Below the pieces are notes generated by a model, which was given only the letters and a program-made list of their open reading frames with translations, had not been told where the DNA came from and made no database searches. A stretch of 64,000 bases of DNA from NCBI GenBank assembly GCA_964658305.1, contig OZ210885.1:22692001-22756000 (forward strand). The letters run 5' to 3'. The DNA comes from Leptogorgia sarmentosa (lineage: Eukaryota). Of the stretch, positions 24,018 through 36,930 are shown one piece after another. A program made the translations under genes and the position numbers. How positions within the stretch are numbered: position 1 is the stretch's first letter; each line of letters starts with the position of its first letter.

Positions 24018-25332
24018 AACTAGTGCTTTGAGGATTACACAACATAATAACATATATACATAATAGATACTGTATATGCCCACACACTTATCTCATTAAT
24101 TACATCAGTACCTTGTTCTTATCAAAAGCAAATATCATGTAAAGATGTACTACTTGCTCTTGAAGTCAAATGTTTGTTTATAAAATATATATACAAAGAA
24201 GTACAGAACTTGGTAGTTGTTTTATTAAAACACCGATAAATATATAAATAATTACAGTAACAGCGTTAGTTCCACCACTTGCTTAAAACAAGGACATGGT
24301 ACAAGAATTTCAAGTAACACCCAAATAACAGAATTTCAAAAAAATCTGATTAACACCAATGAATATAAAATTAATTGCACTAACAGTATATGTCACCAGT
24401 TCCTTAAATCAAGGACGAGGTCCAAGAATTTCAGCTTGCACTAACTGAATTTTAATTAGCAGAATTTCAACAAAATCTCTTTTATAAAAAATGAGACCAG
24501 TGTCAACACTAGTGTGAGCTACCAGATTATCTGTGCCGGAAAAATGTAGCCTGGATGAAATGTTGAAGGGTCATTTACAGTTTGCATTTCCGTTAAACCA
24601 AGTGATGGAACATGTGTAGTTTGGCTGGAATGTCTTGTCGATTCCTCAGCATGTGACATGTGGCCAGTTGTTTCTCCGAAAAACATGTTAGTTGGATTAT
24701 TTTGGCGTCTTTTTAATATATGAGAATACATCGCATTACTTAGCTGCATTTTCACCGTAACTTGTTCATTCTGAGGCAGTATGCGCAACTGACAAGCAAT
24801 CAGTTCTCCAAAAATGCTTTCCTCGTCTCTTTCAGATGATTTTTTGGCCTTTTGCTCAAGTCTACTACCAATGGTCTTCATAAACTCAAGCTCTGCTTTA
24901 TTTATATCTTCTTTGGTTTTACGTTTCAAATACTTTGCTCGACCTGTTACACCGGATTTCACAGGCATCTCTTGTGTCTGAGTTTTCTACACCTGGGGTC
25001 GTACTAATTACCGACAACAACCGTCAACAACCGACAATTACCGACAACAAGCTCACAATTACCGACAACAAGCTGAAAAATACATACTTTCATTGTATTC
25101 TTATAATTATTTGGTTGTTTTTGAGGAAACCCAGAAATTCGACAGATTTTGTCAAACTAGAATACATAACAATAGATACTCCGGAAAATGATAACATTTT
25201 GTCTGAAATATTTATTTCTACGTTTCGACTAGATTGTAGTCATCATCAAGAAATGAATGATGATGATAATGTTACGTTTTGTTATTGTTATTGTCAAACT
25301 AGGTTGAGTTAAAAGACTTCGCGATTAAAGAT

Positions 25333-25543
25333 TAAAGGAATACCAAATGGTTTCCTGTGTAGGATTGCATCATCCATGCACGTGGGATGTAGCGAAAGTT
25401 TCGGAAACCGTAAAAAATCATGAGCCGCAGGCGAGTGACTTTTGGCTTTCCGAAACTCAAGACCCTGGGTACGTGGTTGCCACATCCCAAGTGCATGGAT
25501 GATGCTATCCTGCACGGGAAAACCATTTGGTAATTGTTTTATA
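25333..25543. mobile_element. Palindromic MITE-like element
   Basis: Arms taccaaatggtttcctgtgtaggattgcatcatccatgcac / gtgcatggatgatgctatcctgcacgggaaaaccatttggta, centre gagccgcaggcgagtg. Confidence 0.75.
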
Positions 25544-25890
25544 AAATACTACAGTGAAACAACGGAAAATGTTAATTTATTTTCCATAAATAGGAGAAAC
25601 TGTAGTTATTATATAAGATTAGTTCGCATAGGCAGACAGTAATTATATTTTCATTGTTTGGCATCAATAAAATCATAAAAAATAGGATTAACACAACATC
25701 CTGCCCAAGGACAAATGTATCCATAATAAAATTCCAATTATGCAAACTATCTATAAACTGCATAGTATGATGATCAGTCATCGATAGCATATAAAAAAAA
25801 CATTTAGTATCATTTATTCAGTCTTATTGACAACTCTCACTATCGAGCTCTCTGAGTCTAATAATAAAGTGTTTTAAAGTTGCTTCAACA

Positions 25891-27552
25891 ATGGTTAGTA
25901 GAAAGAATGTAAGTCGTGTTGGTGAGAAAGTGAAAGCTTACCGATGGCCATGCACGGTTTGTAAGACAAATTGCGCTACCGACGCAATTTTTTGTGAGCA
26001 GTGCTGCGAGTGGGCGCATTACACTTGCGAAAATCTCGGGGAAGATGATTTCCACCAGCTTTCCAAAGTTTCTTGTGGCTATGTGTGCACAAAATGTTGT
26101 GTTGACCAATACCATAAGTTTGATTTCAAGAAATCATTGCAAAGATTGCTCATAGCCTCCAAGAATATGAAGGATCTTCACCATGCAGCGATCGTAGAGC
26201 AGATTTTGCTGAAGAGTCACCCTTTCCAGTTAACAAGTACGAAGCAACCAGTTGGTAATGGTAAAAAGATTCACCAGTACTCTCAATCCGTGGTCAACAT
26301 GTATGGGACGGCGTCGCGGGTACCTATTGATGTCACAGGTGATGGCAACTGCCTCTTTAACTCAGTTTCAGTCGCTCTTCAGGGTGATGAAGCAATGTCA
26401 TCGGAGTTGAGAGTTCGAACCTGCATAGAGCTAGTTTTGAACTTTTCGTACTACAAGAACCACGTACATTATAACGATTTTCGGCTGGTATCGCCCGACT
26501 TGGTGAGAGCATGTCAAATGTGTGCTACTGACTATGAATTTTCGTGCATCTTTACAGCGCAAGGTCTATCGTCGGACATTGGTCGAGACATAGTTTCAGT
26601 ATACCCGGCCATTAATGGAATGCTTGACAACTGTGTACATATTTTAAACACCATTGTTTCACCAAGACTGCAAACGTCGAGCCGTAGATGTCGGGATAGA
26701 GTGTACGTGCTCTGGACTCAAATGGGCAGTACATTTCCTCACCCACAAGGCAAGACCTGGCTTCCCGATCACTTTGTTCCTTTGCTTGGAAATTGTCAAA
26801 TTTTGTCCACAGGCAAAACATCATCACCAGTCACTGTGGACATTCCCTCACCAAATTGTGTCCAGTCTCCATTGAAAGCAACACCAACGAGTAGCGAATG
26901 TGATCTCATTGCATCATTGGGTCGGTCAGCAGTTTCGGACTGCAGCCAGGTTGAAGAAGAATCTTCTGTTGTTGAAGATGTACCATCGCCCATAACAGAA
27001 ACTGGTAAACTTACACCACCTCTAACCAGCCCGCCATCCACTAGATCTTTGCCAGAAGATTAGTTTGCCCACCGATCGTGAAATCCAAGACAAAACTGAG
27101 ACTAGTTCGGTTAACGAAGCCCAGTTTGAAACACATCCTTCGGAGACCGCGACTACTCCTCCCAGAGACTCGAAGAAAAACTTTGATCTATTAAATAGAA
27201 ATAAATTATCAGGTCGGTTTCTCGACGTGGAGGAACTTTGCAAAGTTTTACAAGGTGACCCTGTCAACAGTTCTTCAATTCCGAACGGTGTCAAAGAAAA
27301 CACTTACTTTTTAATTAAAAACGATAAAAGCGTGGAAAAAAGAAAGCGAAAAATGAGAAGTAACTTCGATGATGATTGTGGAGCATGGTTGTCAAAATCG
27401 TCTTAAGAAAAAGACTTTATTCTACTGTGCGACCAAACGTTTTGGATGGTACAACTTAAAAACAGACAGTACTGCACGAAACGACTCGGGGAATGGGTGC
27501 CACTTGAACCTCAACCACTCGAGGAACAAATCATGGTGATGAGGCGCTTTTA
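25891..27552 (+). pseudogene. PHD finger plus OTU-like cysteine protease (vertnin-like) protein; stops at 27061 and 27404
   Basis: PHD 'CTVC..AIFCEQCCEWAHYTC..YVCTKC'. OTU 'TGDGNCLFNSVS' and 'PDHFVPL'. Downstream 'IPNGVKENTYF...FDDDCGAW'. Confidence 0.8.
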
Positions 27553-29879
27553 GGAGGACATTGTAGAATTATCTGTTCCTGCCTCTTCTCCATCAGAAAA
27601 AGTTTCATTTGGAACATCATTATCATCCTGTATAAGAACCAGGTTACTGCTGCTATTTCTTTGTTGAACATATGGATCTAACAACTCCAAATATGAAAAC
27701 AACTCTGATGCGTCTTTCCTGGCTTTTCTAACTGCGTCTGCTGTGGACCCACTCTCTTTGGAACGATTTATCTTTTTCTTGTCTCTGCTATACCTGTTTC
27801 TTAAATTTCTAAAAGCATTTTCAGCTTCTTTCCCTACAAATAACGTAGATATTTAGTAAGAACACAAATAAACCAACTTTTCAATGATTTTTCACAAATA
27901 TTTCCATATTTATACACATACATATTTATATTCATGACACAAAAATGCTGCTTACTGGAGAAAAAGCCTACTTCTTTCGTGACATCATCCCATGCGAATT
28001 CTTTCTTCTTTTTATCCTTAAAATCTTTAGATTCATTGTTTATAGAATGGGAAACTTCTGCCAATTTTTCGTCTACAACAACTTTTTCCGCCATTTTGAA
28101 TTTTGAGGCAAGCTGGAGAACTGGATCCAAGAACTCAATGATTGGTTATTTCCTCTTCTGCTTATGTTTACGATTGCGTTGATCTGTCCTCATTTGCGAG
28201 AAATAAACCAACATAAGCATAACATAAGCACAAGAAAGAGCGCAAGGTCTTCATTTGCTTATGCTTGTGTTTTGACTGTCCTCACAGCGTTGCGCTTATG
28301 CGTATGCTTATGCTTATGTTCAGTGAGAACCAGCGTTTAACTTCTCTGTGGATATTAAGTAAGGCCAAGGCATTTAATCTCTTCTCTCCCATCGTACTGC
28401 GCATGAAAGTTTTAAGTCGGCGAAGAGTTGATATTGATCTTTCGCAGGTACATGTTGTGACTGGTATAGTGCCGAAAATTTGCATAGCGGTTAGAATATT
28501 GGGAAATGACAATTCGTCAATACAAGGAAGTAACTCTTCAAGAGAAGCTGGGAGATGTTCGGTGTAGTCGGTCCACTTGAGCCTCCACATTCGTAACTCA
28601 GTTTGCAAGAAGTCGAAATCAGGGAGATCATCTTTGTACCTGGTGAGGAAACGCAAGTAATTTTCTTTCCAATTTGGATCAGCTACGACCTTGTTTGACA
28701 TTCCAGACATCGCATCAAGAACATCTAGGTTTCCCTTGAAAAAGCGAGATTGTATTTGACCTAACAGTTGGTCCAAAAAAGGGACGGTCACTGCTCTCTT
28801 CCAGTACTCGGAAATGGAATCTGATGGAACTTGAACAGCGGGAGCTCTTTTTCTCTTCGGCTCAACGTTGACTTCCTTTGCCAAATCTATTGCCATCTGA
28901 TAGAAAGCATCGTGAGTGGTGTCGATATCGGAACGAAGCTCGTTGATGGCCAAATACAGCAGAGAAACTTTCTCACGAGCTTTGCCAGCGTCAAGAGATG
29001 CAGACTGGAGTTGGAGTGTCAAGGGCTTTGTGCATTTCAGGCAACGTTCCACCAGGATAAGACACAAAAGGAACTTGAACTTCTTCATTGCAACCACCAT
29101 ATTATCAAACGCCATGCAATCTTTCATTTTTTAGAATAATTAGCTTCCGTCCATCAACTAAAAATTGCTTTTGAGCCTTCAAATTTCATGTGCAAGACAT
29201 TTTCTATCTGTTGGAAAAAACACTCCCCCCAGGTTTTTGAAAATTCAAATTACAAAATTTTTTCATTTATTCTACATTATAAGTACTCAACCAATCCACA
29301 TAAACCGAAAACTTTGTACCCCCTTTGCGAAGTTGAGAGCGATTTAAAATCTGTTCAGTTTTTTTTATACACCCTTGTATTGCAAAATTTAGTGAGTTAT
29401 AAAAAAACACTGATTAGAGGTTAAAACTATTTACAAACATTTACTGTTTATAAGCTCGTCCTGAAAAAGAGAGTTTATGCCTTTCAGTTCCAAAGAAAAA
29501 TAATATTAACTATGAATAGTTTTATTAGTTTTATTTTATTTAAATATTTATATATAGTATAACAATGACACAATATTGTATTTCCGATTACTATTACATT
29601 TACTGAGCTAGTAGTATTACTAGTATCTATAGAAGCTAGAACCCGGGGACAGGGAATATTATATGACTGCCATCAGTCATATAAAAATCACATAAAAGTC
29701 GCATCGGAATGACTAATGAGTAATATTGTGAACAGGACGTCAGTTACGACCCTACTGATACATGCTACAGGCCGTGTCTTCCCTACATATATCTGACCCC
29801 TTGATTAAATGAAAGAATGATAGATGTACATATTCCATTCTGTTGTTTAATATTATTGCATAATTTAATACTTTAGAGT

Positions 29880-30630
29880 GTTCATCAACATAAATTACCT
29901 GCCTTCAACAGGCTATGTGATGAGGCTAAAAGAAAAATGCGTTCAATGACAAGGAGATGGAGTGATAGTGATTCCCTAGACAGTGGAGCTTCATCTGCTC
30001 CTAAACGACAAAAGTTGGATACCGTGCTTTCCTCTAAAGTCAAGTACAATGCCAATATGGTTACCCAAGCCCAAATGGATAATTTGCTGATTAAGTTCAT
30101 GACAGAAGCTGTTATGCCGTTTTCATTGGTTGAACAGCCTGCATTTAAAGAACTTGTCTTAGGACTTCAGCCAAATCGATCAGTTATGTGCAGAGCTACA
30201 GTGGTACGGCGAATCAATGACAAAGCCAGTCTAGTGAAGAAAAATTTGTGGAACATGTTGCAACAACTACGGATTGTTGGAGTGCTCATGGTCGTTCATT
30301 CATTGGTGTAACTGGACATTGGATTGATCCTGAGACTTTGGAGAGAAAAAGTTGCGTTCTTGCTTGTTGGCGTCTCAAAGGCAGACACACATATGATGTA
30401 CTTGCTAGCCAGTTGGAAGACATTCATACAGAATTTGAAATAAGATCCAAAGTTTGTAAAACCACTACAGACAATGGGTCAAACTTTGTAAAAGCCTTCT
30501 CTGTTTTTGCTGACAAAGGCCAAGAAAATCGTGATGATCCAGATACAGATGAAGAGTGTCAATTTGAAGATGTCTTTGATGATTTAACGCAGGCAAGCCC
30601 ATGTCTGGAGTACCAGCTTCCAGAAAATGT
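29880..30630 (+). pseudogene. hAT (Ac/ZBED-like) transposase fragment
   Basis: Motifs 'MPFSLVEQPAFKEL', '[18 protein letters not shown]', '[12 protein letters not shown]'. Frameshifted and truncated. Confidence 0.88.
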
Positions 30631-30744
30631 CATTCATAGTGTCTTACGGTGGCACACAAGTGCCAGCGCAAACAATTACGAGGTTAATGAATATAAAAAC
30701 AAAACAGAAGCAATGTAGTTTAATGTTAATAAGAACAGTTGCAA

Positions 30745-30913
30745 TGCAAACAAAAACAGTACAGATGCAAGTAAGCACGGTATAGATGCAAGTAAGAACA
30801 GCAAAGATGCAAGTAAGAACAGCAAAGATGCAAGTAAGAACAGCAAAGATGCAAGTAAGAACAGCAAAGATGCAAGTAAGAACAGTATAGATGCAAGTAA
30901 GAACAGCAAAGAT
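30745..30913 (+). repeat. 21-bp tandem repeat (gatgcaagtaagaacagcaaa), about 7-8 copies, subterminal array
   Basis: Head-to-tail units with no unique spacers. Confidence 0.9.
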
Positions 30914-31066
30914 GTTTAGGTGAAGTCCGCTGATCTTATTCTGCGAAAGATGTGTCAAAGTTCAACAGGCAGCGCCTTTGGAACAGTATAGATAAAATAA
31001 GTGAACATTTGCGAGACCGCAAGGCTCTGTGGGGAGATGAGCCACGAGGGTCGAAAATAAATAGGG

Positions 31067-34050
31067 GAATTACGGTCGTTTCGCCAACGAGTCGTTTCGC
31101 CAACGTCTCGGGTCGATTCGCCAACGTCAAATTTACTCATAAAATACTATCTACAAATGAATATATTCATTTGCAGATAGTATATATATACTCGCGCAAA
31201 AAGAGTACCAATAATGATTTATTCCATGTTATGTAGTCAATGGCATCAATACTCTTTTTGCGCGACCGTGATGAATAGTTAATCGGAACGATGTTGGTAT
31301 TAGAAAAAGGTTCACAGTGACTAGTTCACAAGTCAGACAACCAATCGAAATACCTGAAAACTATATTATTTACTATCTACAAATGAATGGAAAAATTGTT
31401 CGAAGACCATATGAAAAAATTTATGTTTGAAGCAAAACAGCGGAACTATATTGGACGATTCAGTTGCAATTATGACATATTACATTTTTTTATAACAATA
31501 CTGCAGAAAACTCGCGTTTTGCTGAGGAAGTATTGTTTACATTAACAAAAATATTACGACGAGCCCTAGGATTTTCTTATGTGATTAGGGGGTTTGGAAA
31601 GAACATGTTTATGTTTTGATGTATTCCATATAGACAATAGTCAATATAGACAATACACAATAGTCTTTTCAAACACCCATGGGTGATGTTATGATCAACC
31701 ATGACCCAGTAACCTACCATGTTGTAGAGAATGGGACGAAAAGAAGAAAAATTAGTTTGGTAGACAGTGTTGGTTTCACCTACAATGTCCATTCAAAGAG
31801 GACATGCGCAACATACTGGCAATGCACCATGCGACCAAAAGGCAACCCATGCAAAGCATCAGTTATAGAAAGAAACAGATCATTTCAAACAGGAAAATCC
31901 GTCCACAATCATAGTGTGGAGGCTGGTGCTCTAACTGCAGCGAAAGTAGTTGCTGAAGTAAAGAGAAAGGCATTAGAGGAAAAGTTTACACCCGCCTCAG
32001 CTATTGTCGAGGAGGTAAAAAATCTTCTTCTGTTCTTTAATCTATAGCTTTTGATATATATATCAGTCACACCAAAAACTAATAAAAATCTGCTTGCTTT
32101 TTTACAACTAAAGGTTTTTCTCAACAAGCTTCATGAAGAAGATCGCCGGCCCTGTGCTGCATTGCCTAAACCAGAGCATATAGCCAGGGCAGCCAATAGG
32201 CTGAGACAAAAGCTTCGGCCTGAAGATCCAAAGGATTTGGAGAAGAAGAAAATCTGCCAACAGGATTCCTTCAGGCAGATTTAAAAGTGAAAGACCGCCG
32301 CCATCTAGTTTTCGCCAAGAAGGAACAACTAGCAATACTATGTAAAACTAAGACATGGTACATTGATGGTACTTTCAAGCTAGTTCGTCACCCTTTTAAA
32401 CAGCTGCTGACAATCAATTCCTTTGTAAGATCTGGTGACCACATCAAACAAGTTCCATTTGTTTATGTTTTGATGTCAGGACGCAAAACGAAGGATTACA
32501 AGAAGGTATAATATAAAACTAAACTCTCAACTGTCTAAAGCAAATGAATACTTATATCTTAAGCATTCTCTCTTCAATAGGTTTTGCAAGCAATTATTGG
32601 TATTTTGCCAACGGTAATGCAAGTGAAGAAGATCACCGTAGATTTTGAAGCTGCTTTGTGGAAAGCTTGCAGATCAGTTTTGCCCTGTGTAAAACTACAG
32701 GGATGTGTCTTCCATTGGACTCAGGCTCTTTGGCGAAAGGTAAATAGCGGCAATAGGGATGCAGGAACGATAAAAGGGCAAGGAAGGGGCCAGATCATAG
32801 GTAATCTATACAATTTCATTTCGTTTATTTCAATTTTTGATATACTTTCTCTACAGATTCAACAATTTGGTCTCCAGACTGCCTATGGTGAAGATGATTC
32901 AATTTACAAATATTTAAGAAAACTTATGGCACTCCCATTCCTACCACATGCTGAAATTCGACCCATGTTCATGTCACTAAGTGGACGTGCTCAAAATCCA
33001 CCTTTGTCTGACTTGGTGACATACATCCAGAAGCAGTGGATCGATAGTGAAATCTTCCCCCCTGCTAACTGGAGCATTTACCAGCAAGCCATAAGAACAA
33101 ACAATGATCTGGAGGGTTGGCACAATGCTCTCAACAGACGTGCTGGCGGAAGAAGCAACTTGCCTTTTTACCATATGGTGGAGATTTTAGAAAAAGAAGC
33201 TAGACTGACTGCAGTCAATATAAGACTGGTAAGTGAGCCTTTTAGGATTATGGGTGATTACAAAAAATAGGCTACCCCTATAATATTATGATTTCTATGA
33301 ACCATTCTTAAGCTCTTGTCTACTCACAAGGTGTCGGAGAAAAGCTGAAACGGATTCAGAGGAAGACCTACAGGAACCTACAGGAAAAGATTTTTGAACA
33401 ATGGGGTCTATACAAAAATGGCCGGAAAACAGCAGCTGAACTATTGAGGTTTTGCTCCCATATTAATGGACCAGCCCGGGGATAAATTGTAAATATTTAA
33501 AATTCATTAGTGTTTATAAAATATTGTATCAATTCATTTAATTGTAAATAGTACTTGCCTGTTTGTGAATAAAATGTAATATGTCATAATTGCAACTGAA
33601 TTGTCCAATATAGTTCCGCTGTTTTGCTTCAAACATAATTTTTTTCATATGGTCTTCGAACAATTTTTCCATTCATTTGTAGATAGTAAATAATATAGTT
33701 TTCAGGTATTTCGATTGGTTGTCTGACTTGTGAACTAGTCACTGTGAACCTTTTTCTAATACCAACATCGTTCCGATTAACTATTCATCACGTTCGCGCA
33801 AAAAGAGTATTGATGCCATTGACTACATAACGTGAAATAAATCATTATTGGTACTCTTTTTGCGCGAGTATATATTTGCGCGAGTATATATATACTATCT
33901 GCAAATGAATATATTCATTTGTAGATAGTATTTTATGAGTAAATTTGATGTTGGCGAATCGACTCCGAGACGTTGGCGAAGCGACTCGAGACGTTGGCGA
34001 ATCGACCCGAGACGTTGGCGAACTGACAGTTGGCGAAACGACCGGATACC
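31067..34050 (+). mobile_element. MULE DNA transposon with TIRs of about 420 bp
   Basis: Inverted repeats at 31067 to ~31488 and ~33570 to 34050 with ttcgccaacg sub-repeats. TSD AAATAGGG at 31059-31066 and 34051-34058. Confidence 0.9.
31679..33485 (+). pseudogene. FLYWCH-MULE transposase, multi-exon, frameshift near 32250
   Basis: Motifs 'TYWQC...CKASV...HNH', 'WYIDGTFK', 'VDFEAALW', 'GCVFHWTQA', 'RTNNDLEGWHNALN'. Confidence 0.9.
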
Positions 34051-34076
34051 AAATAGGGAATCGGCCCAAGGAAAAC

Positions 34077-35326
34077 ATGGCGTCCAGCGAAGAGGAGAGA
34101 GATTTAATAAAACACTACTTTGATTTGGGTTATAAATATGCAACGATCCTTAGTCAATTGGAACAACATCATGATATCCGCATGTCTATGCGTACTTTGA
34201 AAAGAAGGCTTGACGACTGGGGATTAAAGAAGAAACAAATTGAAGTTGATGTCCAACAGATTCGTAGACTGATACAAGAAATTATTGTAGGACCAGGTTC
34301 GATGTGGGGTTACCGCAGCGTATGGCATGCACTGAGATTAAGGTATAAGGTTCATGTCCCTTGTAAACTTGTTTCAACTATTCTAAGAGAATTGGATCCG
34401 GAAGGCGTAAATCTGCGAAGACGACATAAATTTTCTCGAAGGCAATATGTATCTAATGGTCCAAACTACTGCTGGCACATGGATGGTAAGTTACATCATT
34501 CAATTCAAGACATTCAAAACAAAATATACCTTCGCAGTGACCGACATTTTACCAATATGTAGAAATTTCAAATGATCTGTAAAATGTAATTGTTATGATG
34601 TAGGTTATGACAAATTAAAACCATATGGTTTTCCCATCCATGGAGCCATTGATGGTTATAGCAGGAAGATCTTATGGATGGAAGTGGTCCGCTCCAACAG
34701 TGATCCTAAGATCCCAGCCCAGCTTTACTTGAACTGTGTAAAACAAGAAGGTGTGTGTCCTCGACTCCTTTGGTCCGATTGTGGAACTGAAAATGGAATT
34801 GCTGCTGCTTTACAGTGCTTTTTTAGGAAAGATGGAGAAGATGAACTAGCTGGTGATAAGGCACATCGATATGGCAACTCTCATGCAAACCAAAGAATTG
34901 AAGCTTTCTGGTCAACTTATCGCAGGACAAGGTCATCGTGGTGGATAGATTACTTCAAAAATCTAGTACAGATTGGAAAACTGGAGCTTGGAAATGTGCT
35001 TCACATGGAATGTCTTTGGTTTTGCTTTTCATCAGTATTGCAGAGGGATATTGACCTGGTAGTGGAACACTCATAGGATACGAGCCTCAAGGTACAACAC
35101 TATTGCAGGAAAACCTGATGTACTCTATTACTTGCCAGAAAACTCAGGTGGCATCAGTTCTGGTGTTCATATTTCTGATGAAGTTATATGTCATTGTGAA
35201 CGTGAGGAAGATGATGAGTATGAGGAATACTTTCATTATGTCATGGAAACAGAGGGGCTTTATTATCCCAACAGTCCTGAGGAAGCATATAGTCTTTATG
35301 AAATACTTTTAACAATAGCACAATAA
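34077..35326 (+). pseudogene. IS3/IS481-like integrase-core DDE transposase (exons 34077-34485 and 34604-35326)
   Basis: Spliced 'WHMDGYDKLKPYGFPIHGAIDGYSR', then 'SDCGTEN' and 'NQRIEAFWS'. Frameshift near 35070. Confidence 0.88.
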
Positions 35327-36698
35327 AAGTGTTGAACTGTGAGTCTGTGACAAATATTATCATAATTATAACAATAAGATTGTCATTTGCCCATATACCT
35401 GTGCAGTTTATTTATCAACATAATCGAATTTATCAACAGAATCGTAGTAATCTCCCTACTAGTTCCCGACGAAGGTTCTCCGCTTGAAACATCAAGTCTT
35501 TTTGCATCGTTTAGGTAGTGAGAATATCCCTTGCTGCTCTTTGATATTCTGATGCTCTACCTACACTGGCCACGTTTGCAATTTGTTTAAACCTCATCAT
35601 ACTTTCATACTGTACAACAACCTATTGAATAAGTGTATTTGTACACATGATAGTAAATTATACACTGCATTTTATATGTACCAAATAATTGAATATTACA
35701 GCAAATAGGGAAGGCTTAGAATAGATTGTTAAAGGTTCACTTGATAATTATGAATTTGGTTTCACAATATAACTGCATACTAGACAGGATCATCAAAAAT
35801 GTGTGGTACTCACAACAGAGGCCTGTTTCGCACTTGCTGTGTAATTATCAACAAAATCATCAACATCATTCTGGTCTGCAAACATGGTTGAACTGTGCCT
35901 TGATGGGCAAATATTGGTGCCCGCAGACTTTTTCCTTACGAGTCCAAAGCAGCCATCCATGCACTCCAGCACGCTTCCTGACTCACCTTCCTACAGGAAC
36001 ATGCACATCATTTGAATTTTAAAGAATCAGGCTAAAATGTTTTACACTGTAGCAACACAAACCCTGTACCACAGATTGCATAAAAATTTCCACTAACCGT
36101 AACAATATTTAAAGTAACAGGATAGTTAATTAACAAGAGACAGAATAGCATGATAACTAAACTAAACTGTAAATAACTACTGACTCGTTCAATTGAAATC
36201 ATAAAGGAAGGCAACAGACTGTTATTTTGCTGCACAGTGGAATGCAGCATACCGGTACTAGTCTTACAATCACACACCTAACTAGTCTACTATCACATCT
36301 TGCCATAACTACTGCAATAATAATGTTAACAGCACAAACATTTACTGTGCAATGCACATATTAACTAACCATACCTTGGGACAAAGAGGACACACACTTC
36401 CAGCCATTTCTGAATTCGTATTCAAGTACATGGAGCCATTTCTCATCAAATATTGATGGTATCTAACAACAATATATGGTAAACAGGTACACTATCGTCT
36501 GTATGTAATCACAAAATATGAAATTATAATGTTCACGAAAGATTTTAGAGTATCTTTTATTCACATAAGCAGTATGAATCAGTCTACTAGGTAGATGTAC
36601 TGTACATATCCATGTGCATGTGAAAAAAGTCTATCATCTTGGAAACGTTTTAATAAAATATGCAATGTTACTTGAACCTACTGTAGTGCTTTGCTCAT

Positions 36699-36930
36699 GT
36701 GAAAAGAGTTAGTCAACACTCTGCTGAAAGTCGTGGGTTTTCTCCAGGCACTCCTGTTTCCTCCCACAGAGAAGTTGACAGGGTGGGTTAGGATAAAAAC
36801 CAGTCAGCTAGGGAAGTAAATCTCAATTGTTGTAAAAATAGCTACCAGTAGTTTAGGTTAAAAGAAAGAGTAACACTTGATGAAATTGGCCATGGCCACG
36901 GAAAAGCCCCAATGGGGAGTGAGCTGGATA
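36699..36930 (+). mobile_element. SINE fragment with a V-domain-like core
   Basis: gtgggttttctccaggcactcctgtttcctcccaca resembles the conserved V-SINE central motif. Confidence 0.55.

Larger units (their letters stand above)
24995..27552 (+). mobile_element. Right-truncated DNA-transposon-like element with a PHD plus vertnin-like OTU gene
   Basis: Starts GGGGTCGTAC with repeated accgacaa motifs and interrupts the MADF gene. Coding sequence breaks off at about 27552. Confidence 0.6.
24519..28094 (-). pseudogene. Harbinger Myb/SANT-like (MADF) DNA-binding protein, interrupted by the insertion at 24995-27552
   Basis: Exon 'SKDFKDKKKKEFAWDDVTKEV', next exon 'AFRNLRNRYSRDKKK' (from about 27833 downward), and C-terminal BESS-like 'DEESIFGELIACQLRIL'. 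Confidence 0.75.
22510..28336 (+). mobile_element. PIF/Harbinger transposon
   Basis: Imperfect TIRs of about 80 bp (..ttctcactgaacataagc..gtgaggacagtcaaaacacaagcataag). TTA TSD at 22507-22509 and 28337-28339. Convergent transposase and MADF genes. Confidence 0.92.
22422..29127 (-). pseudogene. hAT transposase C-terminal part (P52rIPK/ZMYM1-like), split by the Harbinger: 29127-28340 and 22509-22422
   Basis: 'FPNI...IPVTTCTCERSISTLRRLKTFMRSTMGEKRLNALALLNIHREV' continues in frame across the TTA site as 'NIDRFARKHPRRM'. Confidence 0.88.
21325..29377. mobile_element. Tc1/mariner-like non-autonomous shell holding nested hAT and Harbinger elements; pairing of the two ends is uncertain
   Basis: TA|CAGGGTGTATAAAAAAAA on the left and TTTTTTTTATACACCC(T)TG|TA on the right. 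The Tx1 does not resume after the right end. Confidence 0.55.
30645..35400 (+). mobile_element. IS3EU-type DNA transposon, left end and transposase only (right end not found), interrupted by a MULE
   Basis: TAC terminus (TACGGTGGCAC), subterminal 21-bp repeats and an integrase-core gene related to 58343-59869. Confidence 0.6.

Noticed and set aside
30745..30913. CRISPR-like array
   Set aside because: Head-to-tail 21-mers with no unique spacers, no cas genes and a eukaryotic context. These are subterminal transposon repeats, and the overlapping repetitive ORFs are artefacts.
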